A stretch of 21,463 nucleotides of DNA from Acidobacteriota bacterium. GTDB taxonomy: Bacteria > Acidobacteriota > UBA4820 > DSQY01. Both the position numbers and the translations under genes were made by a program. Shown here one piece after another: positions 7,480 to 15,509 of the stretch. A model generated the notes under the pieces. That model saw nothing but the letters and a program-made list of their open reading frames with translations, was not told the DNA's origin and did not search any database. The stretch is taken from positions 1 through 21,463 of the forward strand of contig JBMFSH010000039.1 in NCBI GenBank assembly GCA_049967655.1, read 5' to 3'. Numbering within the stretch: the stretch's first letter is position 1; every line of letters starts with the position of its first letter.

Positions 7480-8136
7480 TTACATCTGCCCTTCGTGCTT
7501 GAGGAGGGTCCCCTCGGCCATGAAGACCACGTCTTCGGCGAGGTTGGTGCAGAGGTCGGCGATGCGCTCGAACTCCTTCGCGGCGAACACCACCGCCACG
7601 GCCGATTCGCGCTGGCTGCGGTCGTGCCAGTCCTGTGTCAGGACCTCCCGGATGGAGCGGGAGAGGAGGTCGTCCGCCTCGTCGTCCCTGGCGATGACGG
7701 CCTTGGCCAGGGCCGTGTCGCGGGCCACGAAGGCCGTGATGGCGTCGCTGAGCATGCCGAGGGTCAGCTCGGTCATGCGGGCAAAGTGCTCGGCGAGGGC
7801 CGAGGTGGGAAAGGCCGAGAGGTCGGCGCTCCTTTCCGCGATGTTCAGGGCGTGGTCTCCGATGCGCTCCAGGTCGTTGTTGATCTTGAGGGCCATGAAG
7901 ACGGTGCGCAGGTCGTCCGCGGCGGGCTGAAACAGCGCGAGGATGCGGAGGCAGCGGGCGTCGTTGGCGTTCTCCATCCGGTCGATGGCCTCGTCCCGCT
8001 GGTAGAGGTCGGCCGCGCTGTTGGGATCGCAGCTGGTGAAGGCCTGGGCTGCGGCGCGCAGGACGCGCCCCACCTCGTCCGCCATGGCCACGATGTTCTC
8101 CATGAGAGACCGGATCTCTTCTCTCTCTCTGCTCAT
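7480..8136 (-). CDS. phoU: Phosphate transport system regulator PhoU (218 aa)
   Basis: Motifs 'D..ID..E', 'QPAADDLR', 'DLERIGDHA.NIAE' and 'ERIAD...NLAE'. Last gene of the pst operon. Start taken at ATG 8136. Confidence 0.93.
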   Translation of the reverse strand: MSREREEIRSLMENIVAMADEVGRVLRAAAQAFTSCDPNSAADLYQRDEAIDRMENANDARCLRILALFQPAADDLRTVFMALKINNDLERIGDHALNIAERSADLSAFPTSALAEHFARMTELTLGMLSDAITAFVARDTALAKAVIARDDEADDLLSRSIREVLTQDWHDRSQRESAVAVVFAAKEFERIADLCTNLAEDVVFMAEGTLLKHEGQM

Positions 8137-8210
8137 CCGCTCACTCCGCTGCCGGATGGGTCCGGCATCCAAGGGGGCGGCCGAATCGCCGCCGCACGCG
8201 GCCCATGGTA

Positions 8211-9047
8211 TCAGCCGAACCGGCCGGTCAGATAGTCTCTCGTCCTGGGTTCCCTGGGGTTGGTGAACATCTTCTCCGTCTCCCCGAACTCGATCAGCTC
8301 GCCCAGGTAGAGGAATGCGGTGAAGGCCGAGATGCGCGCGGCCTGCTGCATGTTGTGGGTGACGATGACGATGGTGTAGTTGGCCTTGAGCTGGTCGATG
8401 AGCTCCTCGATGCGGGCCGTGGCGATGGGATCGAGGGCGGAGGCCGGCTCGTCCATGAGGATCACCTCGGGCTTCACGGCGATGGCCCTCGCGATGCAGA
8501 GGCGCTGCTGCTGGCCGCCGGAGAGGCTCATGCCGTTGTGGTTGAGCTTGTCCTTGACCTCGTCCCAGAGGGCGGCGTCCCGCAGCGCGGTCTCCACGCG
8601 CTCGCGCAGGATCGACTTGGGCAGCTTCTCGTAGAGCCGTATCCCGAAGGCGATGTTCTCGTAGATGGACATGGGGAAGGGGGTGGGCTTCTGGAAGACC
8701 ATACCCACGCGGGCCCGGAGCTGGGTCACGTCCAGGTCCTTGGCGAGGATATTCTGCCCGTCCAGCAGCACCTCTCCCGTGGCCCGCTGGCCGCGGTAGA
8801 GGTCGTACATCCGGTTGAAGACGCGGAGCAGGGTGGTCTTGCCGCAGCCCGAAGGTCCGATGAAGGCCGTCACCTCGTTGGTGTAGACGGGCAGGCTGAT
8901 GTTCTTCAGCGCCTGGTTGCCGCCGTAGTAGAAATTGAGCTCCTTCACCTGGATCCGGAGGCGGTGGAGCCGCTCGGACTGCTCGGCCTCTCCCTGCCCC
9001 TTCTGCGCAGGCGGGGTGGGCACTTCTTCCGCGGTCATCGGGTTCAT
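8211..9047 (-). CDS. pstB: Phosphate ABC transporter ATP-binding protein PstB (278 aa)
   Basis: Walker A GPSGCGKT, '[21 protein letters not shown]', [13 protein letters not shown], 'DEPASALDP', 'YLTGRFG' terminus. Start overlaps the pstA stop (ATGA). Confidence 0.97.
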   Translation of the reverse strand: MNPMTAEEVPTPPAQKGQGEAEQSERLHRLRIQVKELNFYYGGNQALKNISLPVYTNEVTAFIGPSGCGKTTLLRVFNRMYDLYRGQRATGEVLLDGQNILAKDLDVTQLRARVGMVFQKPTPFPMSIYENIAFGIRLYEKLPKSILRERVETALRDAALWDEVKDKLNHNGMSLSGGQQQRLCIARAIAVKPEVILMDEPASALDPIATARIEELIDQLKANYTIVIVTHNMQQAARISAFTAFLYLGELIEFGETEKMFTNPREPRTRDYLTGRFG

Positions 9048-9913
9048 CGCTGGCTCCCCAGGCGCTGGGTGCGGCTCACGGCGATCCGGGCCACGATGGT
9101 GGTCAGCAGGACGCCGAGCGTGATGAGGAGGGCCGCCCCCCATGCCTTCGTCCGCCAGTCGTCGTAGGGCGACATGGCGTAGTTGAAGATGGTGACGTTC
9201 AGGGTCCCCGTCGGCTCCAGCGGGTTGAAGTTCCAGTAGGGGTTGTTCAGGGAGGTGAAGAGGAGCGGAGCCGTCTCGCCCGCCACCCGGGCGATGGCCA
9301 GCAGGACGCCGGTGGTCATGCCTCCCAGCACCCGCCGGTAGCAGACCCTGAGGATGACCTTCCAGTAGGGCGCCCCCAGGGCCAGGGCCGCCTCTCTCAG
9401 CGCATTGGGCACGAGACGCAGCATCTCCTCGGTGGTCCTCGTGACGACGGGGATCATGATGATGGCCAGGGCCAAGGCCCCCGCGAGCCCCGAGAAGCCC
9501 TTCATGGGCTGGACCAGGATGGCGTAGACGAAGACGCCGATGACGATGGAGGGGGCGCTGGTGAGGATGTCGCTCACGAACCGGACGGCGTGGGCCAGGG
9601 CGCTCTGGCGGCCGTACTCGGCCAGGTAGGTCCCGGCCAGGATGCCCACCGGCACGCCGATCAGGGTGGCCATCGCGGTGATCAGCAGCGTGCCCACGAT
9701 GCCGTTGACCAGGCCGCCGCCGGCCATGCCGGGAGGAGTGGGCAGCTTGGTGAAGAAGGCCACCGAGAAGGCCGGCAGGCCCTTGTGGATCAGATCCTTG
9801 AGAATCCAGAAGAGCCAGAAGAGGCCGAACAGCGCGGAGGCCCCGGATAGGGCCATCATGACCGCGTTCGTGGCCTTGCGAAGCTTGTGCCGGAGCCCGC
9901 CGTGGCGCCTCAT
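9044..9913 (-). CDS. pstA: Phosphate ABC transporter permease PstA (289 aa)
   Basis: 'YLAEY', 'PSIVIGVF', EAA motif '[10 protein letters not shown]', '[13 protein letters not shown]'. ATG 9913 overlaps the pstC stop. Confidence 0.96.
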   Translation of the reverse strand: MRRHGGLRHKLRKATNAVMMALSGASALFGLFWLFWILKDLIHKGLPAFSVAFFTKLPTPPGMAGGGLVNGIVGTLLITAMATLIGVPVGILAGTYLAEYGRQSALAHAVRFVSDILTSAPSIVIGVFVYAILVQPMKGFSGLAGALALAIIMIPVVTRTTEEMLRLVPNALREAALALGAPYWKVILRVCYRRVLGGMTTGVLLAIARVAGETAPLLFTSLNNPYWNFNPLEPTGTLNVTIFNYAMSPYDDWRTKAWGAALLITLGVLLTTIVARIAVSRTQRLGSQR

Positions 9914-10926
9914 CGCACGCTCCCCACGACCTGCCGCTCGATGCGCCACAGGAGGAGCTTGGCCACCGACAGGATGATGGTCGTGATCAGAAAGAGGATG
10001 AGTCCCAGGGCGATGAGGCTGGAGACGTAGAGGTGCGAGGTGGCCTCCGTGAACTCGTTCGCCAGGGTCGAGGAGATCGTGTTGGAGGGGCTCAGAAGCG
10101 ACAGCGAAATGTCGTGGGCGTTTCCGATGACGAAGGTGACCGCCATGGTCTCGCCGAGGGCCCTGCCCAGGCCCAGGAAGATGGCGCCCACGATGCCGGT
10201 GCGGGTGTAGGGGATGACCACGTTTCGGACCACCTCCCAGGTCGTGGCGCCCAGACCGTAGGCGGACTCCTTGGCCATGGCGGGGACCAGCGCGAAGACG
10301 TCGCGGGTGATGGAGGTGATGAAGGGGATGATCATGACGGCGAGGATGATGGAGGCCGTCATCATGCCGATGCCCATGGGCGGGCCCTGGAACAGGGGCA
10401 GGAAGCCGAGGTGGTGCTTGAGCCAGGGCTCCATGTGCCGCGCCACGATGGGCGCGAAGGTGAAGAGCCCCCACATGCCGTAGATGATGCTCGGCACCGC
10501 GGCGAGCATCTCCACGGCCAGTCCCACCGGCTTCTGAAGCCACGGCGGCGCCATCTCCGTCAGGAAGATCGCGATGCCCAGGCTGACCGGAACGGCGATC
10601 AGGATGGACAGGAAGGAGGAGACCAGAGTGCCGAAAATGGACGGCAGGGCGCCAAAGGACTCTTTGACCGGGTCCCACTCCTTGGTCCAGAGGAATTTCA
10701 GCCCGAAATGCGAGAAGGCCAGGTGGGCCTGGGCGAAGAGGACGGTCCCGATGGCCAGGATGAGCAGAAGTACGAGCCCGGCGAAAAAGAGGGTCGTAGC
10801 CCTGAACAGGACGTCGGGCAGGTTGCCGGGGCGTGGCCGGTCCTGGGGGCGCCGTGGGGCGGCCGGGCCCTGCGGCGGTGTGTGGCGGGAAGCGGTTTCG
10901 GTGGTCACCTCTGCTGGCTGTTGCAT
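9910..10926 (-). CDS. pstC: Phosphate ABC transporter permease PstC (338 aa)
   Basis: '[15 protein letters not shown]', '[14 protein letters not shown]', '[13 protein letters not shown]', 'LANEFTEA'. GGGAGGGAG RBS. Confidence 0.96.
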   Translation of the reverse strand: MQQPAEVTTETASRHTPPQGPAAPRRPQDRPRPGNLPDVLFRATTLFFAGLVLLLILAIGTVLFAQAHLAFSHFGLKFLWTKEWDPVKESFGALPSIFGTLVSSFLSILIAVPVSLGIAIFLTEMAPPWLQKPVGLAVEMLAAVPSIIYGMWGLFTFAPIVARHMEPWLKHHLGFLPLFQGPPMGIGMMTASIILAVMIIPFITSITRDVFALVPAMAKESAYGLGATTWEVVRNVVIPYTRTGIVGAIFLGLGRALGETMAVTFVIGNAHDISLSLLSPSNTISSTLANEFTEATSHLYVSSLIALGLILFLITTIILSVAKLLLWRIERQVVGSVR

Positions 10927-10944
10927 CCGGCTCCCTCCCCCGTC

Positions 10945-12033
10945 CTACTTGGCGGACTTGGCCGCCGGAGCGGCCAAAGGCCAGACCGGTTTGCCCGCCG
11001 ACCGGATCTCCGCCGCCCAGGACCCTTCAATCTGACGGACGATGGGTTCGGAAATGGGAACGTAATCGAGCTCGTCCACCAAGCGCTTCCCGTCGTGGAA
11101 GCACCAGTCGAAGTAGGAGAGCAGGGCGGCGGCGCGCCTCGCGTCGGGCTGATCGCGGGCGATGAGAATGAAAGAGGCCCCCACGATGGGCCAGGCGCCC
11201 TCCGCCGCTTGGTCCGTCAGGCCCTTGGGCGAGCGCTCGGGCCCCTGCCACTCGGCCTTGGCGGCCGCCGCGAGGAAGGAGGCCCTCCCCGGCAGGGGGA
11301 AGCCGCCGGCCCGGTTCTGCAAAAGGACCGTGGCCAAGCCGTTCTGCCGGGCGTAGGTGAACTCCACGTATCCAATGCTACCCGTGGTCTGCTTCACGTA
11401 GGAGGAGACGCCCTCATTCCCCTTCGAGGCCATCCCCACCGGCCACCGGACGGATGGGCCGTGGCCCACCTTCAGGCGCCAGTCGGCCGAGACCTCGCCG
11501 AGGTACCGAGTAAGCAGCCAGGTGCTCCCCGATCCGTCGGCCCGCGTCACCACGGAGATTTCCAGGGGCGGCAGGCGCAGGCGGGGGTTGAGGGCCAGGA
11601 TGCGCGGGTCGCGCCACGAGGTGACGCGGCCGAGGAAGATGTCGGCCAGGAGAGGGCCGGTGAGCTTCAGCTCCGCCGAGGCGATGCCCGGGAGGTTGAC
11701 CACCGGCACCACGCCGCCGATCACCATGGGGAACTGGATCAGTCCGGAACGGCTCAGGGCGTCCGCGTCGAGTGGCGCCTCGGAGGCGCCGAAGTCGAAG
11801 ATGTGGTGACGCATCTGCTCGATACCGGCCCCCGACCCAATGGACTGGTAGTTGAAGCGCTCCCCGGTGAGGCGGGCGTATTCGTAGGACCACTTGGCAT
11901 AGAGGGGAAAGGGGAAGGTCGCCCCGCCGCCGTGCAGCATCAGGTGCGCCTGGGCCCCCAGCGGGAGGGCCGCGCCAAGAAGGACCGCCGGGGCGATCCA
12001 CCGCGCCAGTTCACGCATTTTCCATACGATCAT
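10945..12033 (-). CDS. pstS: Phosphate ABC transporter substrate-binding protein PstS (362 aa)
   Basis: Signal peptide ending AQA. Motifs 'G.GATFP.PLY.KW', 'NYQSIGSGAG', 'DFGASEAPL', 'RADGSGS' and 'KGNEGV…GSIGYVE'. Confidence 0.95.
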   Translation of the reverse strand: MIVWKMRELARWIAPAVLLGAALPLGAQAHLMLHGGGATFPFPLYAKWSYEYARLTGERFNYQSIGSGAGIEQMRHHIFDFGASEAPLDADALSRSGLIQFPMVIGGVVPVVNLPGIASAELKLTGPLLADIFLGRVTSWRDPRILALNPRLRLPPLEISVVTRADGSGSTWLLTRYLGEVSADWRLKVGHGPSVRWPVGMASKGNEGVSSYVKQTTGSIGYVEFTYARQNGLATVLLQNRAGGFPLPGRASFLAAAAKAEWQGPERSPKGLTDQAAEGAWPIVGASFILIARDQPDARRAAALLSYFDWCFHDGKRLVDELDYVPISEPIVRQIEGSWAAEIRSAGKPVWPLAAPAAKSAK

Positions 12034-12057
12034 GGCGTTCCTCTCCCTGTCCAGCCG

Positions 12058-12105
12058 ATTTTACCCTATCAAGGGTATGTTACGATCTCGTTTCGCTTCC
12101 GTTTC
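12058..12105 (-). promoter_or_regulatory. Pho-box-like promoter of pstSCAB-phoU
   Basis: On the - strand: GAAAC, GAAAC and GTAAC half-sites at exact 11-bp spacing (12105, 12094, 12083), followed by -10 TAAAAT (12063-12058). Confidence 0.65.
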
Positions 12106-12113
12106 TTTTTCCC

Positions 12114-12140
12114 TCTCACTCCTCACTTCCCAGTTCCCAC
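12114..12140. repeat. Heptamer array (TCTCACT CCTCACT TCCCAGT TCCCAC)
   Basis: Four degenerate units between the TBDR2 terminator and the pst promoter. Confidence 0.6.
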
Positions 12141-12141
12141 C

Positions 12142-12173
12142 AAAAAAAGGACCCCGGCGAACCGGGGTCCTTT
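12142..12173 (-). terminator. Rho-independent terminator of TBDR2
   Basis: - strand: GGACCCCGG-TTCG-CCGGGGTCC followed by CTTTTTT. Confidence 0.9.
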
Positions 12174-12198
12174 GTGAGGCCAAGAGAGGCTCGTCGCC

Positions 12199-15033
12199 TT
12201 ACCAGGTGAACTTGAGGCCCGCCTGGACGGAGCGCGGCGCTTGGCGCGAGGTGGGTGTGCCATAGTTGGGGTCCGGCGTCAGGTTGCCCGAGACGTACTG
12301 TTCCCAAGTGTTGGGCTGCTTGTAAAAGGTCTCGTAAACGCTCAGGGGGTGCTGGACGTTGGTGAGGTTGAAGATGTTCGCCACCACGGAGGCGTTGATG
12401 CGCCAGAGCTTGAAGGCGTACTCGGCGTGAAGGTCGACTTCGTACCAGCTCGGCAGCCGGGACGAGCCGCGGGGAGCGACGAAGATGCTCTGCCCACTCT
12501 CCAGTTCGTTGGCCGGGAAGGCGACGTACTTGTTGTAGGGGCGGCCGGAGGCCAGCTCGATGCTGGCGCCGAGGGTGAGCCCGAAGTTGAAGCGGTAGGC
12601 GCCCTGGAGCTTGAAGTCCACGGGCACGTCCTGGGGCAGGAGGCCGTAGCTGTTCTGCTCCAGCGCCCGGAAGGGGGCCACGTAGACGCCCGTTGCGTTG
12701 GGGCCGTAGTCGAAGGCCGTGGTGCCGTAGCCGTAGGCCGCTCCCGTGTAGTTGCCCTCCAGTCGGGACCACGTCATGCTGGCGTTCATGAACCAGTTAT
12801 TCGAGAAGCGCTTGTCGGCCGTGAGGGTGAAGGCGCGATAGAGACGGATCGGCTTGGAGAAGGGGCTGAAGTCGTTGAAGGGGTTGCCGCTGTAATCCTT
12901 GGCGTTGATCCAGTTGGCCATGTAGGAGGCGGGATAGCTCCCCATGCCCGGATTGACGATGAGGAAGTCCAGGTTGCCGTGCTTGTCGAGGTAACCGTAG
13001 GTGTCGATGGCGCGGGCCAGGTCGCGGTACTGGATGCGGGCGCCCACGGTGAAGCTGGGAGCGATCTCGTATTCGAAACCGGCCAGCCACTCGCGGGAGT
13101 ACTGATCCTTCGGGTTCCCGTAGACCTTGAAGGGCACCGAGCCGCTGAGGAAGTGGGCAACCTGGGTGCCGTAGTTGTAATAGTCGATGTACTGGGCGTG
13201 GCCGGGGGACATGTTGTTGGCGAGCTGGACGGGCATGATCTCGCTGTACTCGCCGTAGTCGATGTAGAGCTTAGACTTGCCGTCGTGGGCGAAGTCCCAG
13301 CTCAAGCCCACGCGGGGCGAGGTGGAGCGAACGCTGAAGCTGGAGGCCTGGCTGGGCTCCTGGAGGTTCTCCTCCCAACGGACGCCGGCCGAGAGGTTGA
13401 GGTAGTTGGTGATGGACCACTTGTCCTGTAGGAACCCGGCGTAGTAGCGGCCCTTGCTGTCGCTCAGCGGGTTCTGCAGGGAGTACCGGATGTCGTAGTA
13501 GTACTGGCTCATGTCGCTGCTGGGATAGCCGGCGGGACCACCGATCAAAATATTGTAGGAGTTGCCGGGGTAGCCCAGGAAGCCATAGAAGTGGATCCAT
13601 GTGGCCTCGGCGCCGAACTTGATTTCGTGGTTGCCCAGGATCCAGGTCTCCTTGTTCGTGACCTGGGTAGAGTTTCGAGTGTCCGAATCAATGACACCCA
13701 TGCCGGGCCCCACCGAGAGGCCGGGGGACCAGTCGTAGCTCACCTCGACGGGGTAGCCCCAGCCAGCGTTGGAGCTGGGGATCACCTGGAGGATGTCCTT
13801 CGCGTGGCCGAAGGAGGTCTCCGAGTAGAAGGTAGGGGTCCAGGTGGCGTACCACCGAGCGATCCAGTTGTAACCGCCCTGGTTGCGGGTCGTCTGGTCG
13901 GAGAGGGGGTTGATCGTGGGGTAGATGCCGTCCGAGGGGACATGGGCCTTGTAGGGATCGCCGTAAGCCGTCAGCTCGAAGTTGTGCTTCTCGTTGAGCC
14001 GGTAGTTCAGCTTGAGGGACCACAGCCAGCTCTTGCGGCTGTCGGTGTAGTTGTAGGGCAGGTTGAGCGTGTGATAGGGCTGTCCGGCGGCGTTCACGTA
14101 GCTCGTCTCGTTGAACACGCCCTGGTAGTGGGTGCTGCTCACCGTGGGGTTGTAGGCCACGAAGTACCAGAGCCGGTCCTTCAGGATGGGACCGCCCACG
14201 TCGAAGCCGTAGTCGTACCGGTCGAAGGAGTTCTCGGTAAGGCCACCGCCATAAACGGGAAGCCCCTTGGCAGAGGCGTTCTGGTTGGTGTAGTAGCCGA
14301 AGAGCTCTCCGTGGAACTCGTTGGAGCCGCTCTTGGTCAGCACGTTGAAGAGGCCCCCCGTGGAGCCGCTGTACTCGGCCGGAATACCTCCCGTGTTGAC
14401 GTCGATCTCACGGACGAAGTTGTAGTTGAGGTTCGTGCCGAAGGTTCCCGTGACGATGTCCGTGGTGTTCAGGCCGTTGATCTGCCAGACGTTTTCGTTG
14501 GCGGACGCGCCGGCGATGCCCGGGTTGCCGCCCGCGCCTGCATCCACGGCAGTGGGCGCGAGGAAGAGGGCGTCCTGGTAGCCGCGCCCCAGGGGTAGCA
14601 TGTCGAGCTGCTCCTGCGTGATGTTGTCCGAAACCTGGGTGTTCTTCAGCGAGACCACGGGGGGCCTGGCCGTCACGGTGACCGTCTGGCTCCCGCTCGT
14701 GAGCGCGACGTTCAGCGTGGTGGTGGAGCCCAGTTGAACCCCGACGTTGGATTGGACGACCTTGTTGAAGCCCACCGCCTCCACCTTGACCTGGTAGTCA
14801 GAGGCGGGAGGCAGAAAGGGCACGAGGAAGGCGCCGTCCAGATCGGTCGCCGTGCCCCGGTCTCCCTGGAGGGCCTTCGAGCTGACCGTCACGCTCGCCC
14901 CCGGAATGGGCTGGCCCTTCTCGTCCAGGACCTTCCCCGAAATCTGCCCCGTATTGGCCTGGGCCCACGTCATCACCGCCGCGGCGAGCAAAACCGCCGC
15001 GAACAGTACACTCCTTACCAACCGTCCCTTCAT
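12199..15033 (-). CDS. TonB-dependent receptor, Oar-like, with N-terminal carboxypeptidase-regulatory-like domain (TBDR2, 944 aa)
   Basis: AAAGGAGG RBS before ATG 15033 and a signal peptide ending TWA-Q. Motifs 'GQISGKVLDEKGQPIPGASV', 'AEYSGSTGGLFNVLTKSGSNEFHG', 'GGPILKDRLWYF' and C-terminal 'GLKFTW'. Confidence 0.92.
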   Translation of the reverse strand: MKGRLVRSVLFAAVLLAAAVMTWAQANTGQISGKVLDEKGQPIPGASVTVSSKALQGDRGTATDLDGAFLVPFLPPASDYQVKVEAVGFNKVVQSNVGVQLGSTTTLNVALTSGSQTVTVTARPPVVSLKNTQVSDNITQEQLDMLPLGRGYQDALFLAPTAVDAGAGGNPGIAGASANENVWQINGLNTTDIVTGTFGTNLNYNFVREIDVNTGGIPAEYSGSTGGLFNVLTKSGSNEFHGELFGYYTNQNASAKGLPVYGGGLTENSFDRYDYGFDVGGPILKDRLWYFVAYNPTVSSTHYQGVFNETSYVNAAGQPYHTLNLPYNYTDSRKSWLWSLKLNYRLNEKHNFELTAYGDPYKAHVPSDGIYPTINPLSDQTTRNQGGYNWIARWYATWTPTFYSETSFGHAKDILQVIPSSNAGWGYPVEVSYDWSPGLSVGPGMGVIDSDTRNSTQVTNKETWILGNHEIKFGAEATWIHFYGFLGYPGNSYNILIGGPAGYPSSDMSQYYYDIRYSLQNPLSDSKGRYYAGFLQDKWSITNYLNLSAGVRWEENLQEPSQASSFSVRSTSPRVGLSWDFAHDGKSKLYIDYGEYSEIMPVQLANNMSPGHAQYIDYYNYGTQVAHFLSGSVPFKVYGNPKDQYSREWLAGFEYEIAPSFTVGARIQYRDLARAIDTYGYLDKHGNLDFLIVNPGMGSYPASYMANWINAKDYSGNPFNDFSPFSKPIRLYRAFTLTADKRFSNNWFMNASMTWSRLEGNYTGAAYGYGTTAFDYGPNATGVYVAPFRALEQNSYGLLPQDVPVDFKLQGAYRFNFGLTLGASIELASGRPYNKYVAFPANELESGQSIFVAPRGSSRLPSWYEVDLHAEYAFKLWRINASVVANIFNLTNVQHPLSVYETFYKQPNTWEQYVSGNLTPDPNYGTPTSRQAPRSVQAGLKFTW

Positions 15034-15244
15034 ACCTGACCTCCTTTCATGCTTTTCCTTGTCTTCCCGTTGAGACTCACCTGAAGCTACCCTGCGTTGC
15101 CCGTCTAGCTGAGGATCACACGGCGATCCACTGCTGTGGCCATTCTTCGTCTTCATGTCTCTGAAAGCTCATGGAGGCAAAGTCCCCTTTTGTGAGGCAG
15201 GTTTCTCTCTCCATCCCCCCGCACAAACCTAGACTCTTCGGTAA

Positions 15245-15260
15245 AGCAATGTGCATGCCT
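15245..15260 (-). promoter_or_regulatory. Sigma-54 (-24/-12) promoter of TBDR2
   Basis: - strand AGGCATGCACATTGCT has exact GG-N10-GC spacing and closely matches TGGCACG-N4-TTGCW. Confidence 0.7.
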
Positions 15261-15338
15261 ATTTCAGGGTGATGGCACCGAAGATCTTCGTGTTTAGGAG
15301 GTTAGACTCCCCCCCTGCGCGAACGCTCCAGGGATAAG

Positions 15339-15416
15339 TGCCAGAATGGAACGATTGTGGGCTATGGCGGCATGCCAAAAAGGCACGTAGCGCCACCATG
15401 GCGCGCCAGAGAGGCA
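15339..15416. promoter_or_regulatory. Cluster of palindromic enhancer-like sites upstream of the sigma-54 promoter
   Basis: TGCCA-GAA-TGGAA (15339-15351), TGCCA-AAA-AGGCA (15373-15385), CGCCA-CCA-TGGCG (15391-15403) and CGCCA-GAG-AGGCA (15404-15416), 80-155 bp upstream of the -24 element. Confidence 0.6.
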
Positions 15417-15509
15417 TTCGTTGCATTGCCGGGACGCAACCCCCCCAGAGCGTTCAGGGGGCGGGTCCGCGCGTGCCTTCCAGGAGGGAGACGACAGCAG
15501 CCAGCCGCC

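Noticed and set aside
9914..10678. 544-aa extended PstA, and the 310-aa PstB start at 9143
   Set aside because: These extensions overlap pstC and pstA out of frame. ATGA coupling defines the shorter starts.
10033..12177. 714-aa + strand ORF, and similar ORFs opposite pstB, TBDR2, the TPR gene and the MFS gene
   Set aside because: Antisense to well-supported genes, with no recognisable domains.
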